Assembly: GCF_043773265.1 (NCBI RefSeq)
Contig: NZ_JAYVFH010000227.1
Coordinates: 2,626 to 66,625, forward strand
DNA length: 64,000 nt
Direction: 5' to 3'
Source: Flavobacterium sp.
GTDB lineage: Bacteria > Bacteroidota > Bacteroidia > Flavobacteriales > Flavobacteriaceae
Shown here: positions 20,513 through 29,505 of the stretch, in pieces
Numbering within the stretch: the first letter of the stretch is position 1
Layout: each line of letters opens with the position of its first letter
Notes under the pieces: generated by a model
The model's database searches: none
What the model was told of the DNA's origin: nothing
Seen by the model: only the letters and a program-made list of their open reading frames with translations
Program-made: the position numbers and the translations under genes

Positions 20513-20536
20513 GTAATCACTAATAATTATTTTAAA

Positions 20537-21106
20537 TTAGAATTCTAATTTTATAGTTAAATCAAAATCATCATAAATAAATTTATCACCTAAATCACTA
20601 AAAACTGATTTTGATTTATATTTTATTCCGTACTTAGTTCTGTCAACTTTAAACGATGTAGTTGCAGTTTTTCCAGTAACAGTAATGTCAAAAGTTACTG
20701 GTTCTGTAATATCTTTTATTGTTAAATCTGCTGTAACTGTATACAACCCTTTTCCTTTGCCTGAAATTGTTTTAAACTCAATTTTAGATGTAGGGAATTT
20801 TTCTACGCCAAAAAAGTCAGGAGATTTTAAATGTCCATTCAAATCTTCTCTACCTTTTCCTGATTCTAAATCGGTAGTGTTTATTGAATTCATATCTACA
20901 ACAAAGCTTCCTCCTTTAAGAGCTTTCTTTTTAAATACTAAAGTACCGCTAGTAAAGTTGATTGTTCCTTCGTGCTGACCTCCAGTTTTTTTGGCAAGCC
21001 AAGTAATTTTGCTGTTTTCAATATTGATTTTTTTGTTTTGTGCTACAGAAACAGTTGTTCCTAAGACAATTAATAGTGCAATTGCAATTGTTTTTAATTT
21101 TTTCAT
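20537..21106 (-). CDS. YceI family protein
   Basis: Signal peptide; SKITW, H.GTI, LNGHLKSPDFF, LTIKDIT, DRTKYGI. Confidence 0.92.
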   Translation of the reverse strand: MKKLKTIAIALLIVLGTTVSVAQNKKINIENSKITWLAKKTGGQHEGTINFTSGTLVFKKKALKGGSFVVDMNSINTTDLESGKGREDLNGHLKSPDFFGVEKFPTSKIEFKTISGKGKGLYTVTADLTIKDITEPVTFDITVTGKTATTSFKVDRTKYGIKYKSKSVFSDLGDKFIYDDFDLTIKLEF

Positions 21107-21128
21107 TTTAATGGTTTTAAGTTATTGA

Positions 21129-21761
21129 TTATAAATTGTTAAATAAGTCCTCGTTTGATTTACGCACTTTTGCATAATTTTGAGTAGCATCATCTTCATG
21201 ACGATATCCAATTGCTGCAATTACTGTGGCATTTAATCCCAATTTTGTTAATCCAAGTATTTCATTGTATTTGCTTGGTTCAAATCCTTCCATTGGAGTT
21301 ACATCAATTTTTAATTCTGATGCAGCATTTAATAAATTCCCTAAAGCAAGATAAGCTTGTTTTGATGTCCAAGTATTTTTAGCATCTTCTGATAAATTAT
21401 TAATTTTAGATTTCATAAAATCTGAATAACCTTGAATTGCTTCTGATGGAATGTTTCTAGTTTCTATTAAATTTTTAAAATAAGTATCTATTTCGGCATT
21501 TCCGATATTAATAGTATTTGCAAAAACTATAATATGAGAAGCATCAACAATTTGAGATTGTCCCCAAGAAGCAGGTTGTAATTGCTCTCTTAAATCTGAA
21601 TTTTCTATTATTAAAACTTTATATGGTTGTAATCCATAAGAAGAAGAAGAAAGTCTAATCGCTTCTTTTAAAGTGTCTAAATCCGTTTTTGAAACTTTTT
21701 TTGTGCTATCAAACTGTTTTGTAGCATAACGCCAATTGGCATCTTTTATAAACTGTGACAT
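21129..21761 (-). CDS. NAD(P)H nitroreductase family protein
   Basis: WRYATKQFD, SSYGLQP, TPMEGF, AIGYR. Confidence 0.92.
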   Translation of the reverse strand: MSQFIKDANWRYATKQFDSTKKVSKTDLDTLKEAIRLSSSSYGLQPYKVLIIENSDLREQLQPASWGQSQIVDASHIIVFANTINIGNAEIDTYFKNLIETRNIPSEAIQGYSDFMKSKINNLSEDAKNTWTSKQAYLALGNLLNAASELKIDVTPMEGFEPSKYNEILGLTKLGLNATVIAAIGYRHEDDATQNYAKVRKSNEDLFNNL

Positions 21762-21766
21762 ATTTT

Positions 21767-22226
21767 TTATTTTAGTATTCTATATTTTTCTAATAAATTG
21801 TTTAATGTTTTTAACTCTTCGTGGGTTAAATTTCTTGCAAAATATTTTTCGTGTTCAATAACTTTTGGATCTAAAATGTTTAATAATTCTAAACCTTTTT
21901 CAGTAATTAAAATTTCAATTTTTCTTTTATTTTCTGGGCAATTTTTTTCTTGTAACTAAATCTTTAATAAGAAGTTTGTCAATAAGTCGAGTTGTATTGC
22001 TGTTTTTGGCGATCATTCTTTCTTGAATAACGTTCATGTTAGCCGGACAACCTTTTTGACCACGTAAAATTCTTAAAACATTATATTGCTCTCTCGATAT
22101 ATCAAATGGTTTTAGTATTTCATGAAATTTATCACTAATTACATTTTGAGTATAGCTAAAGTTTAAAATAACTTTTTTTGAATCATCTAATGAAACCGTC
22201 GATTTTATTACTTCTTCAATATTCAT
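21767..22226 (-). CDS. MarR family regulator with an apparent single-base insertion
   Basis: QYNVLRILRG...SNTTRLIDKL; removing one T from run 21942-21948 continues as CPENKRKIEILITEKGLELL to TAA at 21767 (152 aa). Confidence 0.85.
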
Positions 22227-22240
22227 GATTTTATAATCTA

Positions 22241-22286
22241 ATTTGATATTACAAATGTAAATTATATTTTATTTGTATATACAAAT
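22241..22286. promoter_or_regulatory. Paired palindromic operators between marR and the rhodanese gene
   Basis: Perfect ATTTGTATATACAAAT 22271-22286; imperfect ATTTGATATTACAAAT 22241-22256 overlapping the marR -7 box. Confidence 0.65.
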
Positions 22287-22377
22287 GTTATGTTATTTTT
22301 TTGTTAATCATTTATTATTAAAATACCAAGAGTTGAAATTGAAATTGAATTTACTATTTTTGAAAAAAATAATAGAA

Positions 22378-22695
22378 ATGAATTTATCACAATCAGATTG
22401 GAAAAAGCAGTTAAATGAAGATAATAATGCGGTTATTCTTGATGTAAGAACTCAACAAGAATGGGAAGAAGGAATAATTCCTAATGCAATTTTAAACGAT
22501 ATCTACAAAGGACAAGGATTTATTTATAAACTCGAAGAGTTGGATAAATCTAAAAATTATTATGTTTATTGCAAAGCAGGAGCAAGGAGTTCGCAAGCTT
22601 GTAATATAATGAAACAAATGGGTTTTGAAAATACTTATAATCTTGATGGTGGTTTTATGAATTGGAAAGGCGAAGTCTCTATACCAGAAAACTAA
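22378..22695 (+). CDS. Rhodanese-like domain protein
   Basis: ILDVRT..EW..G.IP, YCKAGARS, NLDGG; start 22378. Confidence 0.92.
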   Translation: MNLSQSDWKKQLNEDNNAVILDVRTQQEWEEGIIPNAILNDIYKGQGFIYKLEELDKSKNYYVYCKAGARSSQACNIMKQMGFENTYNLDGGFMNWKGEVSIPEN

Positions 22696-23128
22696 TTATT
22701 TTTTTTTTGTTTGGAACTTGCTTTACAATTTTATAATAAAATTCTTTTATACATTTACGATGTATTTGTGTAGTTTTCAATTCAATAGGTTCATGATCTT
22801 TTTCTTTAATTACAAGAATATACAAATAGAATTTATGAATTAATGAAAATACTAAAAGAACCAATGATGCAAATATTAAAGAATAATACATTTCTACAAT
22901 TTCTGATTTTAAAAAGAAAAAAGTATAAATAAAAATTGAAATACTCATTAATAGAAGTATAGAGTTTAGATAAAAAACTCTTCTTTTTATAAGATTAACA
23001 TTATTGATAGATTCAAAATTAATTTTATTTTGATCGGTTCCTTTGGTTATAATTACTTGTTTATCAGTTATTATACCAAATTTTTTATTAAAATGAACTA
23101 CGTTATTGTCAAGTTGAAAAGTTGTCAT
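22679..23128 (-). CDS. Hypothetical two-TM membrane protein
   Basis: N-terminal beta-rich segment and two hydrophobic helices; true stop may be 22696 if T10 run 22699-22708 has one extra base. Confidence 0.65.
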   Translation of the reverse strand: MTTFQLDNNVVHFNKKFGIITDKQVIITKGTDQNKINFESINNVNLIKRRVFYLNSILLLMSISIFIYTFFFLKSEIVEMYYSLIFASLVLLVFSLIHKFYLYILVIKEKDHEPIELKTTQIHRKCIKEFYYKIVKQVPNKKKIISFLV

Positions 23129-23225
23129 ATATAGTTGTTTTTTCTATATACAAAGTTGATACTATTTTTGGTTTTATCATGGTAGAATGTTTTCTACAAC
23201 ATTGTGTAGATTGATTTCTACAAAA

Positions 23226-23255
23226 AAAGGATAATCCAAAATGAATTATCCTTTT
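23226..23255 (-). terminator. tmRNA terminator
   Basis: AAAGGATAAT-N9-ATTATCCTTT just past the ssrA 3' end. Confidence 0.7.
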
Positions 23256-23257
23256 AG

Positions 23258-23653
23258 TGGAGTCGCCGAGAATCGAACTCGGGTCCAAACAAGCAATCAA
23301 AGAGCTTTCTACACGCTTATTTTTTGATTTAATTTTCGTTATTCTGCTGGGCCAAAAACAGCCACAAAATACTTATCTTCTAATTTTTTCGTAACAGCCA
23401 CGAAGCGTTGCTGTTCTTAGGTTTATATTTACGATTTACCTTTATCGACCGCCACAAACCAAAGCTATCGAGGTAAATCCTGCTTTCCTATCTAATAGGA
23501 ACAAGGCCAATCTTACTATAGTTCAGATTATGCAGCAAGAGCGTAGTTTCCTTCGCCGTTTATGTTTTTGTACATTTGGATTTACGAGCAAAAAGTACAA
23601 TGCTCGACGTGCTTACAATTTAATTCCACTCGCTGTCAAAACCAGTCGACCCC
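23258..23653 (-). ncRNA. ssrA: tmRNA
   Basis: 5' GGGGTCGACTGGTTTTGACAG; 3' T-arm GACCCGAGTTCGATTCTCGGCGACTCCA; tag ORF 23557-23528 GEGNYALAA*. Confidence 0.96.
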
Positions 23654-23745
23654 AATTTTTTATTAGTATTTTTATTTAATTGCAAAAATCAGTCCACAAA
23701 TATACTTCTGAAATTTATGGCAAACAATTGTCAATAAAAAATATT

Positions 23746-25092
23746 TTATTTTTTCTTCCTTTTTGCTGCTCTTTTTTTCTCAACACCACGATTTGTAGGT
23801 TTTGTTTTTCTTGGTTTTACTTTTCCTGGACCACCAAGGTTTACTTGTTTATTTTTTATAGATTTTTCATGAAATGCTTCTCCACCTTCTTTTTTTGGTC
23901 GTTTTAGCAAATGTTTCATCTTTTTCTTGTCTTTTTCAAATTCTAAAAGACGCACCGCAACTTCAACATTGTCTGGAAAAGCTAAAAACTTTATTTCTTT
24001 TTCCATTAAAACCTCGGCTTGAATTTGAATTTCTTCTTCGCCAGGCGAAATAAAACTAATTGCAATACCTGATTTATCTGCACGACCAGTTCTACCAATT
24101 CTGTGAATATATTGTTCGGGAACTTCTGGAAACTCTATATTTATTACATGAGTTACATCAGAAATATCTAATCCACGAGCCATAACATCAGTTGTAATAA
24201 TTCCTTTAATTTCTCCTTGCTGAAAAGATGCCATCGTGTTTAAACGATAATTTTGCGATTTATTAGAGTGAATTATTCCAAATTGTTCAGGAAAATCTTC
24301 TTCAATACTATTGGCAACTAAATCGGCAATTTTTTTATTGTTTACAAATATCAATACGCGACTCATGCTTTCATCGCTAAGAAGTAATCCTTTGAGAAGA
24401 TTAATTTTAGTTAAAAAATTGGGTGTGTAATAGCCAATTTGTTCAATTTTTTCTAATGGAGTTCCAGATGCGGCAAGCGTTATTTCTTCGGGTAAATCAA
24501 AATAATCATCAAGCATTTCATCAACATCATCTGTCATTGTTGCCGAAAACAATATGTTTTGACGTTTACCTTTTATCATCGTTAATATAGATGTAACTTG
24601 AAATCGAAAACCTAAATTTAATATTTCATCAAATTCATCTATTACAAGTTTTTGTGTAGAATCAAATCTAATAACATTGTCAAGTGCCAAATCCATTGTT
24701 CTACCAGGAGTTCCAACCAGAATATCAATTCCTTCACGAACATGCTTTTTTTGAGTATTGATATTTACACCACCATAAACTCCAAGTGTTCTTACCGACA
24801 TATATTTGGTTAAACTTTCAACAACATCAACAATTTGCACAACAAGTTCACGAGTTGGAACAATAATTACTATTCTTGGTGAATCTGTATGAACAAATTT
24901 CCATTGTTTTAGTAACGGAAGTAAATAGGCAAATGTTTTTCCGGTACCAGTTTGGGCAATTCCCATTACATCTCTTCCAGACATAATTGACGAAAAAGAT
25001 TTTTCTTGAATTGGTGTTGGTGTTGTTAAACCTAGTTCGTCTATTGCTTTTTGCAAAGATTTAGGAAGATTAAACTGCTCAAAAGTGCTCAT
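23746..25092 (-). CDS. DEAD-box RNA helicase
   Basis: Q motif PTPIQ, AQTGTGKT, DEFD, SAT, ARGLD, HRIGRTGRA; basic tail. Confidence 0.95.
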   Translation of the reverse strand: MSTFEQFNLPKSLQKAIDELGLTTPTPIQEKSFSSIMSGRDVMGIAQTGTGKTFAYLLPLLKQWKFVHTDSPRIVIIVPTRELVVQIVDVVESLTKYMSVRTLGVYGGVNINTQKKHVREGIDILVGTPGRTMDLALDNVIRFDSTQKLVIDEFDEILNLGFRFQVTSILTMIKGKRQNILFSATMTDDVDEMLDDYFDLPEEITLAASGTPLEKIEQIGYYTPNFLTKINLLKGLLLSDESMSRVLIFVNNKKIADLVANSIEEDFPEQFGIIHSNKSQNYRLNTMASFQQGEIKGIITTDVMARGLDISDVTHVINIEFPEVPEQYIHRIGRTGRADKSGIAISFISPGEEEIQIQAEVLMEKEIKFLAFPDNVEVAVRLLEFEKDKKKMKHLLKRPKKEGGEAFHEKSIKNKQVNLGGPGKVKPRKTKPTNRGVEKKRAAKRKKK

Positions 25093-25217
25093 TTTACTTG
25101 TAATTTGGGTGCAAAGGTAAGCATTTCTTTTTTGTAGTTGTTTTTCAACTTATTATCCATAAAAAAAACCTTTTAAAATGTATTAAAAGGTTTTAAAAGT
25201 TTGATATTATTTCTATT

Positions 25218-25610
25218 TTATAGCTTATTCATATTTGTAGCCAAGGTCTCAAGAAATTTTGTTATTGGCGCTTTAATCATCATTGCAATCATTGAGTTGA
25301 ATTCGCCTTCGAAATCTAATTTTACTTCGCATGAATTATCAGAAGTACTAATGATATTGGCGATTAATGAAAACGGAAGTTTGTCGCTTGCAGCATTTAA
25401 TACCACTTTAGAATTAGGAATTTTATCTTTCATTCTCAATTTTATTTCGGGCATACCTTTTAGTCCAAAGTTAAAAATATCATCGCCAAGAACTTCAAAT
25501 TTTGCAATATTTTCGGGCATTAATTTTTCGAAATTTTTAACTTCCGACAACGCATTAAATATATATTCTGCCGATTTTTCAACGGTTACTTTTGGGCTTT
25601 CTAAATTCAT
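25218..25610 (-). CDS. SRPBCC/CoxG-like protein
   Basis: 130 aa, NFEKLMPEN, C-terminal helix; directly downstream of pyrE. Confidence 0.75.
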   Translation of the reverse strand: MNLESPKVTVEKSAEYIFNALSEVKNFEKLMPENIAKFEVLGDDIFNFGLKGMPEIKLRMKDKIPNSKVVLNAASDKLPFSLIANIISTSDNSCEVKLDFEGEFNSMIAMMIKAPITKFLETLATNMNKL

Positions 25611-25660
25611 TTTTTATTCATTATAATGAACGAAATAATCTCGTTCTTTAATTATGGTTT

Positions 25661-26314
25661 TTATTTATTTTCTAAAACATTCCATTCAGATGGATTTTTT
25701 TTCCATTCTTCAAGCGTTTTTTGTTCTTCTTCTGTAATATATTTTTTTGCAACTGCCAAAGTCAATAAACTTTCATAATTGCTCAAAGTATTCAATTCTA
25801 CATTAGCATTTTTAAAATTATCATTAGCTATATCAAATCCATAAGAGAAAATTGCAATCATACCTTTTACATTTGCACCAGCTTCTCTTAAGGCATCAAC
25901 TGCCAATAAACTACTATTTCCGGTACTAATTAAATCTTCGATAACCACAACATTTTGACCTTTTTGTAAAAAACCTTCAACTTGATTTTGTCTACCATGC
26001 TTTTTTGGTTCTGGTCTAACATATACAAATGGTAGTCCAAGCACTTCTGCAACAAGTATCCCAATACCAATTGCGCCAGTTGCAACACCAGCAATTACAT
26101 CTGGTTTTCCATAAATTTCTTCTATTTGGTGCACAAACTCATCGCGAATGTAATTTCTAATAGCTGGAAATGAAAGCGTTATGCGATTATCACAATAAAT
26201 TGGTGAATTCCATCCCGATGCCCATAAAAAAGGTGTTGATGGATTCAATTTAATTGCATTTATTTGCAAAAGCAATTCGGCTGTTTTTTCGGCTGTGTCT
26301 TTATTAAAAATCAT
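25661..26314 (-). CDS. pyrE: Orotate phosphoribosyltransferase
   Basis: WASGWNSPIYCDNR, YVRPEPKKHG, VVIEDLISTG; start 26314. Confidence 0.96.
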   Translation of the reverse strand: MIFNKDTAEKTAELLLQINAIKLNPSTPFLWASGWNSPIYCDNRITLSFPAIRNYIRDEFVHQIEEIYGKPDVIAGVATGAIGIGILVAEVLGLPFVYVRPEPKKHGRQNQVEGFLQKGQNVVVIEDLISTGNSSLLAVDALREAGANVKGMIAIFSYGFDIANDNFKNANVELNTLSNYESLLTLAVAKKYITEEEQKTLEEWKKNPSEWNVLENK

Positions 26315-26321
26315 ACTGCAA

Positions 26322-26906
26322 ATGTATAAAGTTTTTGTCAACGATAAGCCACTTTTTTTAACAAATGAAATCGAAAAAGAAACCGATTTTCAAATATTTT
26401 TGCTTGAAAGTATTGATGTTGAGCAACTTATTATAAAGATGTTCAACAATAAGATTAAGAAAGCTTATTTATACTATCCTGATGAAAAAGAACTTTTAAA
26501 AAAAGTTAAGGAGCAAATTCCTGTAAAAAAAGCTGGTGGCGGATTGGTTTTTAATAAAAATGGTGAGGTTTTATTTATTTTTAGAAACGGAAAATGGGAT
26601 TTGCCAAAAGGTGGATGTGATAAAGGTGAAGAAATTGAAGATTGTTCGCTTCGTGAAGTTGAAGAAGAAACTGGAGTAAATAATTTAAAAATTACCAAAA
26701 AACTTCAAAAAACTTACCATATTTTTAAGCGAAATGGTGTTTATAGATTAAAAATAACACATTGGTTTGAAATGAAAACCGATTTTGAAGGTACACCAAT
26801 TCCACAAGCCAATGAAGGAATAGAAAAAGTGGCTTGGCTCAATCCTGAAGAAATTAAGCAAGCTTTAAAAAATTCTTATGAGAATATTAAATTGTTATTT
26901 GAGTAG
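26322..26906 (+). CDS. NUDIX hydrolase
   Basis: Nudix box G.....E.......REVEEETG; start 26322. Confidence 0.92.
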   Translation: MYKVFVNDKPLFLTNEIEKETDFQIFLLESIDVEQLIIKMFNNKIKKAYLYYPDEKELLKKVKEQIPVKKAGGGLVFNKNGEVLFIFRNGKWDLPKGGCDKGEEIEDCSLREVEEETGVNNLKITKKLQKTYHIFKRNGVYRLKITHWFEMKTDFEGTPIPQANEGIEKVAWLNPEEIKQALKNSYENIKLLFE

Positions 26907-26935
26907 CTTTTTTAATTAATATCTTTTTTTAATAA

Positions 26936-26962
26936 AAAAAACTGCCTTTTGAGGCAGTTTTT
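26936..26962. terminator. Bidirectional intrinsic terminator
   Basis: AAAAACTGCCT-tttg-AGGCAGTTTTT. Confidence 0.85.
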
Positions 26963-26981
26963 ATACAATTAAGATTAAATT

Positions 26982-27569
26982 TTATGGTTGTTTTATTAAA
27001 ATGTATTCACCATCGGGAACTATGTTTGAAATGTAATTATCTCCAACCCGATGACCAACATTTATTGTACGGCGAAAAGCTTTTAGCACTTCATTTCCAC
27101 CAATAATTGTTCTTCTAATAATTAAATCACTACCAACTTGTGTATCACTAAAAAACAAGTTCATTCTTTTTTCGTTGAGTAAACAATCATTACAAGGAAA
27201 ATCTTGATTATTTTCTATCAATGATAAACCTGCAATATTATGAAGATATTCGTCGTCATATATAATATCAATTTCACTTAGTGTACTAACTGTATTATTA
27301 ATATCTAGATATTCAAACTCACCTACTATTAAGTCTGCAAAAAAAGTAATGTAAGGAACCATAGTAACCTTTTTAAGTATAATTTTAAAGTAGACACCAT
27401 TATTTTGATATACATATGTCCCAACGAATTGATTCATATCATTATTGATGTCTTTTACATAAGAGTTTGGTATAGAGACTCCATTCCAATCTAAATTATT
27501 TATAATAGGAGTTTGTGCTTTAGAATTTAATACACTAAGTAAAAGTATAATTAGATTTATTTTTTTCAT
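26982..27569 (-). CDS. Secreted DUF6705-like protein
   Basis: Signal peptide (NSKAQ); YVKDINNDMNQFVGTY, D.IVGEFEY and C-terminal VPDGEYILIKQ; alternative start 27578. Confidence 0.75.
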   Translation of the reverse strand: MKKINLIILLLSVLNSKAQTPIINNLDWNGVSIPNSYVKDINNDMNQFVGTYVYQNNGVYFKIILKKVTMVPYITFFADLIVGEFEYLDINNTVSTLSEIDIIYDDEYLHNIAGLSLIENNQDFPCNDCLLNEKRMNLFFSDTQVGSDLIIRRTIIGGNEVLKAFRRTINVGHRVGDNYISNIVPDGEYILIKQP

Positions 27570-27587
27570 AATTTTCATATTTTAATT

Positions 27588-29087
27588 TTATGGACATGGA
27601 ATTGTAATTACAATTCCACCTTCAAGTTTTATTTTATTCCAGTTAGTAAAATTATCATCAGCAGCTTTATATAGTGTAAAACCATAATTTCCATATTTGG
27701 CAAGAAATTTTTGTTCATATGTAGATGAGTCATCACCATAATATTTTGAGTCTGCTTCAAGAATGGATTTTAATTTTCTCATAACATCCCATGATGCAGG
27801 TAATGAATTCATGTCTAAATCTATTTTATTTTTTAATAAAATTTGATTATCTATCATTAATGCATAAGTAAAAGTTGCTGGAGTTGAACTTACATGGTTT
27901 CTAACTACAACATACGTCACCAAATTTGGTCTGTTATAATCTCTCGTATTAGGTTCTTCATACATTACGTTCAAAAATCTTATATCACCAAAACCAGGAA
28001 CTGGTTTGTCATTCACACCATGATTATGAGCGGCGCCAAAAATATATCCACCATATTCAGACATAATCATATTGTAATCATTTGGATTTATAGGAACATC
28101 AATATTTGTATATTTATCAATAGAATTTTTATATTCTAAACCAAAACCATATTCTCTACCAGTGTTTGTTTTTGGTCTTAATGCTACCAACTTCCCTTTT
28201 AAACCGTCAGCAGCTAAATCATGTGCAGTTAATCTTTTCAAGCGATCACAAGGAGTTTCTGTACTATCCGCTTCAATACAATTAGCGGTATGACAAGGCA
28301 GGACAGTTTCAAGAATATTACTATTAAAACCACCGCTACTATTAAAAGTTGAAGTACTAGAGGATGAAGATGTTGAAACATTTTCTCCACCAATAACATT
28401 AGGAAAACAAAAAGTTGAATCACTAAAAGTAATAAAAGCAAATCCATTTAAAAAAGCATGATAAAAACAATTTGAATTTGCAACATGTATCTCATGCTCT
28501 TGTCCAGTTAAATCACTGCATAGAACCTCTTGAGTAGTTATACATTCTGCTCCACCAGGAGTTGTTGACCAAAAAGTTCTACCTTCAATATTCAAATCTG
28601 TGAACTCCTTTTCATTAAATGTCATTTTATAAGAATCGTGTTCTTCTACCCTTACTGCTTTTTCATTCATGAAGTATTTAATAATTGCAGCAACTGTTTC
28701 ACCATCTTTCACTCTTATTATTAAGTTCTCAAATTTCAACTCTTCTTTAACTTCTCTTTCTATTAACAATGTAAAAAAAGTTGTTCCGTCAGCATGTGTA
28801 ATTATTCTAACAGGTTCATCCGTTACAATAGTAAACCCAAATTGGTCTTCGAGTGCAGTTCTTGCTGTTTCAGAAGTCGTTGAACTAAATTTTTTCTTAG
28901 TCAATTTACTGTAAGCAGTACTAAAAACTGGCATGTCGAGTGCTTCTTTCAATGATTTTTCTTTTAAATCAAAATTAATTCGATTTTGTCCATTTATGTA
29001 TTCTTTCTCTTGTGTGCAACTATAGTACAAAAATGTTGCCAAGATTAGATAAAGAAAAATTTTAAATTTTTTTAATGGTTTTTTCAT
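27588..29087 (-). CDS. Modular lipoprotein with putative JAB/MPN-like C-terminal domain
   Basis: Lipobox LYYSC, Cys/His-rich segment, Ser-rich linker, then E(YGF)...HNH...PGFGD; start 29087. Confidence 0.7.
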   Translation of the reverse strand: MKKPLKKFKIFLYLILATFLYYSCTQEKEYINGQNRINFDLKEKSLKEALDMPVFSTAYSKLTKKKFSSTTSETARTALEDQFGFTIVTDEPVRIITHADGTTFFTLLIEREVKEELKFENLIIRVKDGETVAAIIKYFMNEKAVRVEEHDSYKMTFNEKEFTDLNIEGRTFWSTTPGGAECITTQEVLCSDLTGQEHEIHVANSNCFYHAFLNGFAFITFSDSTFCFPNVIGGENVSTSSSSSTSTFNSSGGFNSNILETVLPCHTANCIEADSTETPCDRLKRLTAHDLAADGLKGKLVALRPKTNTGREYGFGLEYKNSIDKYTNIDVPINPNDYNMIMSEYGGYIFGAAHNHGVNDKPVPGFGDIRFLNVMYEEPNTRDYNRPNLVTYVVVRNHVSSTPATFTYALMIDNQILLKNKIDLDMNSLPASWDVMRKLKSILEADSKYYGDDSSTYEQKFLAKYGNYGFTLYKAADDNFTNWNKIKLEGGIVITIPCP

Positions 29088-29227
29088 TCGCGTTGGTTTT
29101 AATTGGTTAGACATTTGTTTTCTTTCCTTAATTAAAACCTTTCAACAATGATTTTTTCAACAAGAACTCTTTATTATTTCTTATAAATAGAACAAAGTAT
29201 GACTTTATAACTATGTATTAATAAAGA

Positions 29228-29366
29228 AGGTGTGGAAAACTGAACACTATTTAGGTAAGAGGTATCTCGAAACACCCAACAGACAAAATAGGTCAGCCCA
29301 CACCTAATAGTGTGAGCTTTACCCATCTGACTCTGTCTGTTTTAAAATTTTCGAGATTTTCTTACC
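29228..29366 (-). ncRNA. Putative structured cis-regulatory leader RNA
   Basis: Four nested inverted repeats (29254-60/29360-66, 29264-72/29349-57, 29278-85/29334-41, 29296-303/29310-17) plus a competing 8-bp complement at 29228-29235. Confidence 0.6.
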
Positions 29367-29419
29367 AGAGTTTCTTTAAGTAAAAGCTAATATTTTATAT
29401 TTTTATTTATTTCATAAAA

Positions 29420-29501
29420 CGAATGTAAGAAAATATTATTAATTTATTAATATAAATAATACTAATTGCTATTTTAAAATTCACAATTGGCTTTACCTTT
29501 G
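29420..29501. promoter_or_regulatory. Divergent Bacteroidota -7 promoter boxes
   Basis: TACATTCG on minus strand 29420-29427; TACCTTTG on plus strand 29494-29501, 4 nt before the helicase ATG. Confidence 0.55.
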
Positions 29502-29505
29502 CCAA

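Noticed and set aside
22679-23300. tmRNA 3' end as a prophage or island integration site
   Set aside because: No integrase and no duplicated tmRNA 3' segment seen; a terminator follows directly. ORF 23109-23300 just overlaps the tmRNA.
29174-29326. 50-codon minus-strand ORF (MGKAHTIRCGLTYFVCWVFRD...) running through the structured leader
   Set aside because: No recognisable motif, and it could be a by-product of the GC-richer hairpin; a leader-peptide role cannot be excluded without Ribo-seq.
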